Of a stretch of 45,684 nt of DNA, positions 1 to 9,345 are shown in pieces. The position numbers and the translations under genes were made by a program. The stretch is from Candidatus Methylomirabilota bacterium (GTDB lineage: Bacteria; Methylomirabilota; Methylomirabilia; Rokubacteriales; CSP1-6), in the NCBI GenBank assembly GCA_046728035.1, contig JBKPDT010000240.1, positions 1-45,684 on the forward strand, written 5' to 3'. Below the pieces are notes generated by a model. That model was not told the DNA's origin. It was given only the letters and a program-made list of their open reading frames with translations, and did no database searches. Position 1 is the first letter of the stretch, and each line of letters starts with the position of its first letter.

Positions 1-119
1 CGTTCGGCCGGCGCACCACCCTGTCAAGGAGTTTTGGCCGTGGCCGAAAGGCTTGCGGTCGACCGGTCCGCCGGCTGACTCTTTGCTCCTCAGCGCGAAC
101 ACGTCAGGGAGGTTCCAAC

Positions 120-419
120 ATGCGTAGATCGACCGCCGTCCTGTCGACCGGCGTGTCCGCCGGACTGATCGCTGTGCTCTTCGCGGCGCCTCCGGCGCTG
201 GGCGAGACGCCGCCCGCGGACGCCAACTGCCTCGGCGTGGTCACGGCCCAGCGAGCCGTGGCCAACCACGACATCGGCGAGCACGCGTCGTCACAGGAAG
301 AGCCTCGCCTCGGTCTGGGCAACGTTGCCGAGGAGGTACTTGGCGACGGCACCCACGTGGGTGAGTTCGGCGCCTTCCTCGGCGAGATCGATGGTGACCC
401 CACAACCCACTGCCCCTGA
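120..419 (+). CDS. Small secreted hypothetical protein (99 aa)
   Basis: GGAGG RBS just upstream of the ATG; signal-peptide-like N-terminus (MRR, hydrophobic stretch, ALG); two Cys. Confidence 0.75.
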   Translation: MRRSTAVLSTGVSAGLIAVLFAAPPALGETPPADANCLGVVTAQRAVANHDIGEHASSQEEPRLGLGNVAEEVLGDGTHVGEFGAFLGEIDGDPTTHCP

Positions 420-663
420 CCGGTCACAGCCGGCTGGTCGGCCCAGCGGCCACGCCGCAGGAGATAGCTGTATCGCTGGCGCACGACTTCGCTGGCGCTA
501 CCTGGTCTTCGAGCACGCTTACAGCGTGCGCGGATAGGTCACGGTTGCTTTCTCGACGGCTGCGCCGTCGAGAGGTCGAACGATGCGATATCTCCGCTCA
601 TGGCGCCTTCGGCGCCGGGCCGCTGGGCCACGGCTGCGCCTATCGGCGCAGCCGTGGCTTCAT

Positions 664-1399
664 GGGCATCTTCTCGACCCCGACGACGAGCACCGCGTCG
701 TGCTGGCCGGAGCGGATGGACGCGGCGCCGAGCGCCAGCGCCGCTGCAAGGGCATCATCCGCTCTTCCTTCTTCGCACCCTGGCAGGAGGAGGCGGGCCT
801 GTCCGCCAATCCCGCCTACTTCGCCCTGCGCGCCCAGCGGCTGCTGCGTGACCAGTGGCTCGGCGTCGACGACCTGGCGGCGCTGGTGGTGAAGAACCGC
901 CGCTGGGGCGCCCGGAACCCCGACGCCATGTTCCGGGCCGAGGTCACGGCCGAGCAGGTGCTGGCCCTCGCGGATGGTGTGCGACCCGTTGAGGCTGTGG
1001 ATGCTGTGCTCGCCCAACGAGGGGGCCGCCGCCGTCCTGCTCCGAGCTTTCCGAGACGGGGGCGTCCAACTGGCCGCGGCGGCCCTGCGGAGCCACCTGC
1101 CCGGCAGCGTGCTGGACGAGTCGACGCCGCTCGCCGGCGCCGGAGGTGCACCCGGCCTCGACGTCGACGATCGGCATCCCGGTGAGGACCAGCGCCCCGA
1201 GGACCCGATGGCCGCTGGCCACGCCCCCGTAGGCGGTGGCGCAGTAGGCGGCGCCGATGCGACCCCGGGCGTCGACCGGCGTCCAGCCGGCGTCCGCCAG
1301 AGCGGCGCGGGCGGCTGCCACACCCAGCGCCGTGGCCGGCGTCTGGCCGAACCGTCCGAAGGGGTGCAGCCCCACTCCGGCGATCTCGACACCTGTCAC
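664..1399 (-). pseudogene. Scrambled thiolase (SCP2/lipid-transfer type) pseudogene
   Basis: Minus 1399-1139 encodes VEIAGVGLHPFGRF...VEAGCTSG. Minus 747-664 encodes AAALALGAASIRSGQHDAVLVVGVEKMP. Plus 748-1138 encodes KGIIRSSFF...VKNRRWGARNPDAMFR, then a frameshift, then LWMLCSPNEGAAAV. C-terminus absent. Confidence 0.8.
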
Positions 1400-1470
1400 G
1401 AACGCCCTCGGGAGCGGCACGCGGCCGGTGTCCCTCGGATGGTCTCGGCAGTCGCGCCGCCATCATGGCT

Positions 1471-1524
1471 GGTCTACCGGCTCCACCCGCTCCACGTGCT
1501 CCACCCGCTCCACCCGGTCCGCCG
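1471..1524. repeat. 9-bp imperfect tandem repeat (gctccaccc consensus, ~6 units)
   Basis: ggtctaccg gctccaccc gctccacgt gctccaccc gctccaccc ggtccgccg. Confidence 0.7.
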
Positions 1525-1529
1525 GGGCG

Positions 1530-1906
1530 AACGCCACACCACGCGCCCGCCGGGCAGCTCGTCGGCCACCGCCTCTATCGGCTGGGCGTACTGCAGGGCC
1601 GACGGGTCCGGCTCGGTCAGCCGCCCGACGACCCGGAGCCCGACCCGGTCCAGCTCGACGATGCCGAACCCGTAGGGACGGGGCCCTGGTGGCCGGGCGG
1701 CGCGCTGGTCACGGCGGTCCACGCCCACAGCGTGCCCCGCCGTGGCAGCGGCACGACCTCGACGTCGTCGGCGCCCGAGTACGGACACACCGCCGCGGAG
1801 GGAAGTGGTGGCGGCCGCTCGTGGGCGACCAGCCGCCGAGCAGGGTGACCTGCCCGCCGTCGTCGCGCGACATCCAGGCCTCGGGAACGTCGCCGCCGTC
1901 AACCAC
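1530..1906 (-). pseudogene. DUF35 (Zn-ribbon/OB-fold) thiolase partner, frameshifted
   Basis: Three frames: LLGGWSPTSGRHHFPP / CPYSGADDVEVVPLPRRGTLWAWTAVTSAPPG / PYGFGIVELDRVGLRVVGRLTE. Lies upstream of the thiolase, the usual pairing. Lower boundary approximate. Confidence 0.75.
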
Positions 1907-2723
1907 GCTTGATGCGGCCGCGCAGGGCGGCGAAGCACATCCACATGCTGATGGAGCCGACGGCGGCCACAGCCAGCAGGGCCTGGCCGAGATCGGCCCA
2001 TTCCCAGCCGAGGATGACCAGCGAGCGCAGGCCCTCCAGCAGGTAGGTGACGGGGTTGATGGTGGCGACCGTGTCGAGCCACCCGCTCAACTGATCGCGG
2101 GGCACGTACGACGACGTCAGGAACAGGAACGGGAAGAACAACAGGAAGCTGGAGTTCACCGCCGCCGGGTTGCCGGTCTTGAGGGCGATGGCGTAGCCGA
2201 AGCCTGCGAAGGCCAGGCTCCACAACCCCGCGAGGACGATGAACGCCACGACGCCGAGCGGCCCGGACTCGAACCGCACCCCCAGGATGAAGCCCAGGAT
2301 GATGATCGGCACGGTCAGGGTGCACGCCACAGCCACGTCGGCGCAGAGGTGCCCGAGCAGGATGGCCAGCCGGCGGACGGGCGTCAGCAGCAGCCGGTCG
2401 AAGTAGCCGTTCTGCACGTCGAGGACCAGGGCGTAGGCCCGGGACACCCCGGTTACGCCCAGCAGGATCGCCGTGGGCATCTGGAACGCCGTGAAGTCGA
2501 AGCCCGGGATGTTGTTCTCGGTGAGGTCGGACAGCGTGCCGACGTTCACCACGAAGAAGAACAGGGCGATGAAGATCGGCGGGATCACCGCTTCCACGTC
2601 GCGGGGCACGGCTCGCAGCGCCCGCCCCGCGATGGAGGCGACGTCGTGGGCGAACCCGGCGGGGCGGGCTCGGATGGCGCTCGGCTCGACCGGCGCCTGC
2701 AACGCGGTGTCGCCGGCAGTCAC
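1899..2723 (-). CDS. ABC-2 type exporter permease (DrrB-like)
   Basis: Multiple TM segments; GYFDRLLLTP and NPVTYLLEGLRSL motifs; overlaps the ATPase stop. Confidence 0.92.
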   Translation of the reverse strand: MTAGDTALQAPVEPSAIRARPAGFAHDVASIAGRALRAVPRDVEAVIPPIFIALFFFVVNVGTLSDLTENNIPGFDFTAFQMPTAILLGVTGVSRAYALVLDVQNGYFDRLLLTPVRRLAILLGHLCADVAVACTLTVPIIILGFILGVRFESGPLGVVAFIVLAGLWSLAFAGFGYAIALKTGNPAAVNSSFLLFFPFLFLTSSYVPRDQLSGWLDTVATINPVTYLLEGLRSLVILGWEWADLGQALLAVAAVGSISMWMCFAALRGRIKRG

Positions 2724-3721
2724 GGCTTTGCCTCCGCGGTCTCGCTCTCGGTCATCTCGGCGAACTCGGCGTCGATGGATTCGTCGGTCTGGATGTGCGT
2801 GCCCGTGAGCTCGAGGAACACGTCGTCGAGCGTGGGGGTGCGCAGTGTCAGGTCGCGGACGGGGATGCCGCAGTTGTTGAGGGCGACAGCCACGGGACCG
2901 ATGACGGCGGTGCCCTCGGCGGCGGTGATCACCAGCTCGTTGCCCTGCGGTTCGACCCCCGCCACGCCGGCCACGGCCTCGACCATGGGACAGGCGCCGG
3001 CGGCGTCGCCGTCGAGCCGGGCGAAGATCACGTCGTTACCGATGCGCCGCTTCAGCTCGAAGGGGGTGCCCTCGGCCACGAGCTTGCCCTCGTTGATGAT
3101 GCCGACGCGGTCAGCCAGCTCGTCGGCCTCCTCGAGGTATTGGGTGGTGAGGAAGATGGTCATGTCGAGCTCGCGGTTGAGCCGGCGCACCTCCTCCCAC
3201 ACCCGGGCCCGGCTCACGGGGTCGAGCCCGGTGGTGGGCTCGTCCAGGAACAGCACCTCCGGGTTGTGGACCAGGGCGGCGGCGAGGTCGAGGCGTCGCT
3301 TCATGCCGCCGGAGTAGGTGGCGATGCGCCGGTTCAGGGCGTCGCCGATGTCGACCAGCGTGGCCAGGTCGGCCAGCCGCTGGTCGATCTCGGCGCGAGA
3401 CAGGCCGTACAGCCGGCCCTGGAGCCGCAGCAGCTCCACACCGGTCTGCTTGGGGTCGAGCGCCGCCTCCTGCAGCGCCACGCCGATGGCCAACCGGACC
3501 TGCCCCGGGTGGGTGGCCACGTCGTGCCCGGCCACCACGGCCCGGCCGCTGGTCGGGGCGAGGAGTGTGCACAGCATGCGGACGGTGGTCGACTTGCCGG
3601 CACCGTTCGGCCCGAGGAACCCGTAGATCTCGCCCTGCTGGATGTCGAGGTCGATCTCGTCGACCGCCGCGACGCCGTCGAACTGGCGGGCCAGCTTGCC
3701 GGCGCTGATTGTCGTACGCAT
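2720..3721 (-). CDS. ABC exporter ATP-binding protein (DrrA-like)
   Basis: GPNGAGKS, YSGGM, LFLDEPTTGLDP, TTQYLEEAD; start trimmed to the ATG at 3721 behind an AAGGAG RBS. Confidence 0.93.
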   Translation of the reverse strand: MRTTISAGKLARQFDGVAAVDEIDLDIQQGEIYGFLGPNGAGKSTTVRMLCTLLAPTSGRAVVAGHDVATHPGQVRLAIGVALQEAALDPKQTGVELLRLQGRLYGLSRAEIDQRLADLATLVDIGDALNRRIATYSGGMKRRLDLAAALVHNPEVLFLDEPTTGLDPVSRARVWEEVRRLNRELDMTIFLTTQYLEEADELADRVGIINEGKLVAEGTPFELKRRIGNDVIFARLDGDAAGACPMVEAVAGVAGVEPQGNELVITAAEGTAVIGPVAVALNNCGIPVRDLTLRTPTLDDVFLELTGTHIQTDESIDAEFAEMTESETAEAKP

Positions 3722-3932
3722 GTTCGGTGAGGCTACTCCTTGGGCGAGGGACGGGCACTGATTCTGTGAGCGTAGGACGCAACTGCGCCGCAAAACTCAT
3801 CGCCTGGGAGGCTCGCCGGCCGGAGCGGCGCCGTCTTGGACGTTTGGAAGCCCTCGTTGGCTAGTGTGCCGGCGAACCTGACGCACATGTCAGAAACGAG
3901 GGGCGCCGGTCCAAGGAGACGGCGGTCCGCCC

Positions 3933-4411
3933 GGCGGCGCCATCGTCAGCACCTCGAGCGAGTCGGGTCTGTACGGCAAGCCGGCCAGGCCAACTACGCC
4001 GCCGCCAAGGCGGGGATCGCGGCGCTCACGATCGTGCTGGCCCGGGAGCTCGAGCGCCTCGGGGTCCGGGTCAACGCCATCGCCCCGGTGGCGCGGACCC
4101 GCCTCACCGAGACGGTCGCGAGCTCCGCCATGGCTCCCGACGAGTCCGGGTTCGACCGCTTCGACCCCGGCAACGTCGCCGCGGTGGCCTGCTGGTTGGC
4201 GTCCGACCTGGAGGCCGGCGTCTCGGGGCAGGTGGTCATGGTGCAGGGCGGCCAGCTCCAGCTGTTTCAGGGCTCGCGTCCGCCGACCGAGGTGCGGAGC
4301 GACGAGCCGTGGACGCTGGGCGCAGTGGCGGCCTGGCGGGACGCGATCCTCGGTCCGAGCGGCGGGTCGGTCCCGCCGTTCCTGCCCACGGCGCCGGCCG
4401 CGCAGGCGTGA
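3933..4411 (+). pseudogene. SDR oxidoreductase, C-terminal fragment
   Basis: GAIVSTSSESGLYG, frameshift, then GQANYAAAKAG (YxxxK) and VRVNAIAP; the Rossmann N-terminus is missing. Confidence 0.8.
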
Positions 4412-4611
4412 ACCGTCAGTCAGGGTCGATTCCGGCTGAGGTGTCGCAGGCTCCAGCGCCACTGGCGCCATCAGCGCAAGGACGACGCCAGCGGGCACGC
4501 AGGCGAGCGCTGCCCGGCGCCATTGTCCAGGCCGTGCCAACAGCAGCGCTGCGGCCTCGGCCACCACCAGGAGATCTGGTCGGAATGGGTCCGGCCACGA
4601 TCCTTCGGTGT

Positions 4612-6075
4612 CTACGCCTGCTGCACGGTGACGGTGCGCTCCTTCGGGTCGACGGTGACGAGTGTTCCTGTGGTGATCCGCTGGAGCGCGCCGCGATCAC
4701 CGATGAGTGCGGGAATGCCAAGCTCTCGGGCGAGCACGGCGGCGTGCGACAGGAGCCCGCCGGTCGTGGTTACGAGGGCGCCGGCGTAGCCGAGCAGGAC
4801 GTTCCAGGTTGGGCTCGTCGCTCTCGTGATGATGACGTCGCCGGGCTCGACGAGGTCGAAGGCCTCGCCGGGGTCCTCGATAACGAGCGCGCGTCCGGTG
4901 TAGGGGGCCTCGCCGATACCGATCGGGGTCGCGTCGCGGTCGGCCATGTTGTCGGCTGCTGCGAGTTGTGCGGCACCGATGAGCGCCAGCGATCGGGGCA
5001 GCGCCGACAGTGGGGGGATCGCGAATTCGGGCCCGAGGCTCGGTGGTGCCGTTCGCGCGGAGCTCGCCATGCGGGCGTCGGCGCGTGATGCGGCGTCGTC
5101 CGCTGATGGTTCGGCCTGACCCTCGAGTCGTCGACCGAGCTCGTCCACGGTCAGCTCGATGGCGTGGCTGTCGTCGTGGAATGTGATCCGCCGGCCGACC
5201 TCGAGCATCGCCCGTCGTAGCAGGCCCATCGGCCACGCCCCCGTGAACACACCATTGTCGTCACGTAGCCGCACGGCGGTGCGGGCGTCGTCGATCAGTC
5301 GGGCGAGCTCGTCGTGGTGTTCATTGGGCACGAGTGGACGGAGGTCGAGCGGCACTGGCCGCGCCTCCGGCTCGGATTGCTTCACGCTGTCGAGTTCGCA
5401 GCAGGCCAGGCTGTCGAGGTCGTAGCCGGTCACGAGCTGCCACGCCTCGGGGTCGGTGGCCGCGGTGTGATCGGACGTCGAGCCGGCCAGTGCGCGTGAT
5501 GCCGTCGCCGCGTCGATGCCCCACTCGGCGCAGCGTATGAGGAGCAGTCCGACCGGTAGCAGGTCGTCGCCGTGCAGCTCGAAGTGGCGGCGGTAGCCCG
5601 CGACCACGTGGGCTCGGCACTCCGCCAAGTGCGTTCGCAGCGCATCCTCGTTCAGCGTGGAGGGATCGATGTTCTGCATCGATTGGTTTCGCTGTGCCCA
5701 CTCGGCGCGCTCGCTGCCGAACCAGCGAGCGCTCGCCAGCCGCCATGGCCGCTCGGCCAGGGTTCGCTTCGCCGCGCGTGTTCGGCAGCGGAATACCGGA
5801 TGGACCCGGGCCATCAGCCAGACCATTGCTCGGGGCGGTGGGCGCCGCATCTGGCGTGGGCCGGCAAGCGGCACCGGTGTGATGTACAGGTGGCCGTGAA
5901 CGAAGGCGACGTCGAGCGTGCGGGCGAGCACGCCGTAGCCCTTCATGTACGACGCCATCCCCGGGGGGCAGGTCTCGGCGTAGAGCCGTTGGTACTCCGC
6001 GGTGAGCGCGCCGGGGAAGTGGTCGCCCAGCAACATCCAGCCGCCAGGGCCTGGTTGTTCGAACCCATCGGTCAT
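4612..6075 (-). CDS. PEP-utilizing enzyme family protein (substrate-binding region plus C-terminal phospho-His swivel domain)
   Basis: C-terminal PGDVIITRATSPTW...TTTGGLLSHAAVLARELGIPALIG; no N-terminal ATP-grasp domain recognisable. Confidence 0.85.
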   Translation of the reverse strand: MTDGFEQPGPGGWMLLGDHFPGALTAEYQRLYAETCPPGMASYMKGYGVLARTLDVAFVHGHLYITPVPLAGPRQMRRPPPRAMVWLMARVHPVFRCRTRAAKRTLAERPWRLASARWFGSERAEWAQRNQSMQNIDPSTLNEDALRTHLAECRAHVVAGYRRHFELHGDDLLPVGLLLIRCAEWGIDAATASRALAGSTSDHTAATDPEAWQLVTGYDLDSLACCELDSVKQSEPEARPVPLDLRPLVPNEHHDELARLIDDARTAVRLRDDNGVFTGAWPMGLLRRAMLEVGRRITFHDDSHAIELTVDELGRRLEGQAEPSADDAASRADARMASSARTAPPSLGPEFAIPPLSALPRSLALIGAAQLAAADNMADRDATPIGIGEAPYTGRALVIEDPGEAFDLVEPGDVIITRATSPTWNVLLGYAGALVTTTGGLLSHAAVLARELGIPALIGDRGALQRITTGTLVTVDPKERTVTVQQA

Positions 6076-6680
6076 GTCACCCTCCGCTTCCTGGGCTGCT
6101 TCGGCTTCGGCTTCTGCTCCGATAGCGCCCGGGTGGCGTCAATGAGCGCGGCGACGGCCCAGGTGACATCGTCGACGGCCTCGTCCGGCGACTGGCCCTG
6201 CCGGTCGTGCAGGTCGAGGAAGGCGATCGACGATGTCAACAGCAGCCCGAGCCGCGCCAGCCGTTGACCCGCCGCCGTTTCGGGATCGATGCCCTGACCG
6301 GCGAGCGACTCACCGAACCACGCCCGAGCGGTGTCGTACCGTCGGTTGCGCATCTCGCGGCCGGCGTCGGAGGCGACCTGATGGCGCACGAGGTCGAGGT
6401 GACTGGCGAAGTCCGCCCACATCTTGCGCAAGTAGGCCGATCCGTCCTCCCCGGCGGTGATCAACGCCCCGCCGGCCCGGCGAGCGGGCTCCTCCGCCGC
6501 CGCGCTGAGCAGCGCGTCCTTCGTCGGGTAGTAGCGGTAGATGGTTGCGACCGACGCGCCGCTGCGGGCCGCTACCAGCGGCACGCTCAGCTCTCCCATC
6601 GATCCCTCGGCGACAAGGTCAAGCACCGCCGAAAGGATCTTGCGGCGAGTCAGCTCCCGTTGCTCGTCCCTCAAAGTCAC
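6072..6680 (-). CDS. TetR/AcrR family regulator
   Basis: HTH LSVPLVAARSGASVATIYRYYPTKDAL; 4-bp overlap with the downstream gene. Confidence 0.92.
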   Translation of the reverse strand: MTLRDEQRELTRRKILSAVLDLVAEGSMGELSVPLVAARSGASVATIYRYYPTKDALLSAAAEEPARRAGGALITAGEDGSAYLRKMWADFASHLDLVRHQVASDAGREMRNRRYDTARAWFGESLAGQGIDPETAAGQRLARLGLLLTSSIAFLDLHDRQGQSPDEAVDDVTWAVAALIDATRALSEQKPKPKQPRKRRVT

Positions 6681-6686
6681 GAGATG

Positions 6687-6718
6687 ACCATCTCATATTG
6701 AGAGGCTCATATCAAGAG
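6687..6718 (-). promoter_or_regulatory. Putative TetR operator and leaderless promoter
   Basis: Palindrome tctca-tat-tgaga at 6691-6703 and a second ctcatat copy. Minus strand reads TTGATA-17 bp-GATGGT, then 6 nt to the GTG start. Confidence 0.55.
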
Positions 6719-6736
6719 CGCATGCTCCCCTCAGGT

Positions 6737-7531
6737 TTAGGAGCGGGGTGACATGAGGGCTCGGTTGACACGTCCTGCCAGGAGCTTGGTGATCTTGCCG
6801 GTCAGTGCGGGTGATAGTCGGTGGAGGTACCACAGCGACCGGGCGGACGCGGGGACGACCACGATCCCTCGATCGCGCTGAATGCCCTTGAGCGCCAGCC
6901 GGGCGAAGCGATCGACGTCGACTGGCTTCTGTCGCACGACGGCGAGGTAGCTGCGGGCGGTGACCGGCGCGCTTTCGGTCGGGGGAAGGTCGGCGTCGGG
7001 GAGCCGGTCGAGGATCGGGGTGTCCACGGCACCCGGGCAGAGCACGCTCACCCGCACGCCGTGCAGCGCACCCTCGGCGCGCAGCGCGGTGGAGAGCCCG
7101 ACGACGGCGTGCTTTGTCATGGCGTACGCGGCGACGAACGGCGGCGCGACGAGTCCGGCTCCCGACGCGACGTTGACGATCTGGCCTCGGCCACGGTCGA
7201 TCATCGACGGGTACGCCGCGCGGACACCGTTCACGACGCCTCGGATGTTCACGTTGATGATTCGATCCCAGTGCGACGCGCTCATCTCGTGCGTCGCACC
7301 TCCGAGGGAGATGCCCGCGCAGTTGATGAGGAGGTCGATTGGGCCGATCTCGTCGACGAGCGCCTCGAACGCGGCGGCGTCCCGCACGTCGAGGTGACGA
7401 CAAGCGCCGTCACCCGTGGTGATGTCGGCGAGCACGACGCGTGCGCCAGCCGCCTCGAGCGCAGATCCGAGCGCGCTGCCGATTCCGGATGCCCCGCCGG
7501 TGACGAGAGCGGTCGTATCAGCGAAGTTCAT
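6737..7531 (-). CDS. SDR family oxidoreductase
   Basis: TGGASGIG, NCAG, NVASGAG, YAMTK. Confidence 0.93.
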   Translation of the reverse strand: MNFADTTALVTGGASGIGSALGSALEAAGARVVLADITTGDGACRHLDVRDAAAFEALVDEIGPIDLLINCAGISLGGATHEMSASHWDRIINVNIRGVVNGVRAAYPSMIDRGRGQIVNVASGAGLVAPPFVAAYAMTKHAVVGLSTALRAEGALHGVRVSVLCPGAVDTPILDRLPDADLPPTESAPVTARSYLAVVRQKPVDVDRFARLALKGIQRDRGIVVVPASARSLWYLHRLSPALTGKITKLLAGRVNRALMSPRS

Positions 7532-7736
7532 GCGCCACCGTACGCACAGACCCTCCGGCGCACGCCGCCGACCGCTCGTCGACGGCGCCAGACGTTGCCG
7601 ATCGGCCCGACGTCGCGCGGCAGGACCCGAACGGCACGTGGGCGTCTCGGCGCGCTGAGCCGTTCGGGTGCAGCTGTCGAAAGCCGGTCAAGCGCGCCGA
7701 GACGGCCCAACGCGCCGAGACCGAACTCGACTCAGC

Positions 7737-8363
7737 TCAGGGGCTTTCCGCTGGGGTGACGTACGCCCGTCGCCGCAGCGCGATGCTCGCCGCCGCCACC
7801 CACGCGGGGAGCAGAACAATGGGCGCAAAGGTCAGCACGGCTACGAGCAGCAGTGCTCCGGTCGGATAGCTGGCAATCGCCAACCAACGAGGCAACAGGT
7901 TTGGTTCTCGTGCGGCAAGGATCATGAACGCCGCAGCCGGCACCAACACGCCCGCGAAGAGGGCGGTGAAGCCGAACTGAGGCAGCAAGGCCTGGCCCTC
8001 ACCGATTCCGGGGTCGTCAGTCAGATCCCCGAACGAGATGCTCAGCGGAACGGCCAGAAACGCGAGGGCGGCCACGACCATCGTGCCGGCTGCGACCGAA
8101 CCCATGGCGATCAGCGGCACGCGTCGGTCCGTCGCCCTAGCTGCCAACGCCACTGCGAACCACGTCAGGCACAGGGCAGCAAGCAAGAGAAGATACGCAC
8201 CGACGATGTCCTTGAGCCGGTTCTCATCCTCCGCGAAGTGGTCCACGAAAGCGCGGTCAGCATCAGCGAATGAGCCGATGAGATCGCCGAGGAGAACAAA
8301 GCCGGCAAGGAACAGAACGACAAAGAGCGCACCGGGCCTTGCAGCGCTTCGCATGGTCGCCAT
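7737..8363 (-). CDS. Hypothetical membrane protein (~6 TM)
   Basis: Alternating hydrophobic helices; 208-aa ORF. Confidence 0.7.
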   Translation of the reverse strand: MATMRSAARPGALFVVLFLAGFVLLGDLIGSFADADRAFVDHFAEDENRLKDIVGAYLLLLAALCLTWFAVALAARATDRRVPLIAMGSVAAGTMVVAALAFLAVPLSISFGDLTDDPGIGEGQALLPQFGFTALFAGVLVPAAAFMILAAREPNLLPRWLAIASYPTGALLLVAVLTFAPIVLLPAWVAAASIALRRRAYVTPAESP

Positions 8364-8365
8364 TC

Positions 8366-8584
8366 CTATCTCGTTTGCTGCGTCCCAGGGCCGTTGGACC
8401 CGTAGTAGAAAGGCTGGTCCTCCAGGTGCTGCCCGACGGGCAGATCGGCCACAACGTCGATGCCGAGCTTCGCCAGATGCGCGGCTGGGCCGACGCCCGA
8501 GCGCACCAGGATCGCGGGCGTGCCGTATGTGCCACCGGAGAGGATCACCTCGCCCGCAGGGATCTCAGCGCCGCTCGCCGTCAC
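8366..8584 (-). pseudogene. GMC oxidoreductase internal fragment
   Basis: [22 protein letters not shown]...[18 protein letters not shown] signature; the rest of the gene is absent. Confidence 0.8.
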
Positions 8585-8778
8585 AACGCCGGTCGGATTA
8601 CCGGACGGTACCCCGCAGCCGCGAGCGCGGGCGCGACCTCGGCGTAGCTGTAGATGTCGTACGGCCAGCCGTGCAGCAGCATGACCGGCGGCCCGTTTGG
8701 CGGCCCGACCTCTACGTACCCGACGTCCAGCGGACCGGCGTCGATCTGCTGCACCGGCCCGAACGACATCGTGTCCAC
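8581..8778 (-). pseudogene. Alpha/beta hydrolase N-terminal fragment
   Basis: [35 protein letters not shown]; truncated at 65 aa. Confidence 0.8.
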
Positions 8779-8779
8779 G

Positions 8780-9335
8780 TCAGGCCACCACGTTCGCGAT
8801 CGCCGACTCGATCACCTCGGCGACGACCTGGGGCTGCGAGATCATGATCACGTGCGAGCGGTCGACCTCCGTGATCGCGGCGCCGGCCCGCTCGGCGTGG
8901 GCGCGGACCACGTCCGTCCCGGCGGTCCGGTCGCTGGTGGCCACGACCGCCCAGGACGGCAGCGTCTTCCCCGCCGGCGCACCGGACGGCTCGGAGAACG
9001 CGATCTCGATCAGTCGCTCGCCCTCGTCTGGCGCGAAGGCCGCGACGAAGACCAAGCCCACTACGTTGCTGGCGCCGGTCGCGGCGTTTGAGATGACGGC
9101 GCCCCCGTACGAGTGCCCGACCGCAAGAACCGGACCGGGGGATCTGGTCGAACACGCTGGCGACATACGCGCCGTCGATGGAGATGCCGCGCAGCGGGTT
9201 GGCGGCGGCGACCACCTGGACGCCGTTCGCCTGAAGGCGCTCGATCACGCCGGTCCAGCTCGGACTATCGGCAAAGGCGCCGTCCACGAGCACGACGGTC
9301 AGCGGAGAAGGAGTTGTCGTCTGAGACAGGGTCAT
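8780..9335 (-). pseudogene. Alpha/beta hydrolase with frameshift and internal deletion
   Basis: TVVLVDGAFADS...NPLRG, frameshift near 9140, then GHSYGG...AFAPDEGE; cap region missing; SHVIMISQP. Confidence 0.8.
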
Positions 9336-9345
9336 GGCTCCTTTG

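Noticed and set aside
1471-1524. Functional phase-variable repeat
   Set aside because: Short, degenerate and located between two pseudogenes.
4415-4610. Possible membrane-protein gene fragment on the minus strand
   Set aside because: Too short and degenerate to assign.
4612-6075. Rifampicin phosphotransferase (rph)
   Set aside because: Too short and lacks the N-terminal ATP-grasp domain.
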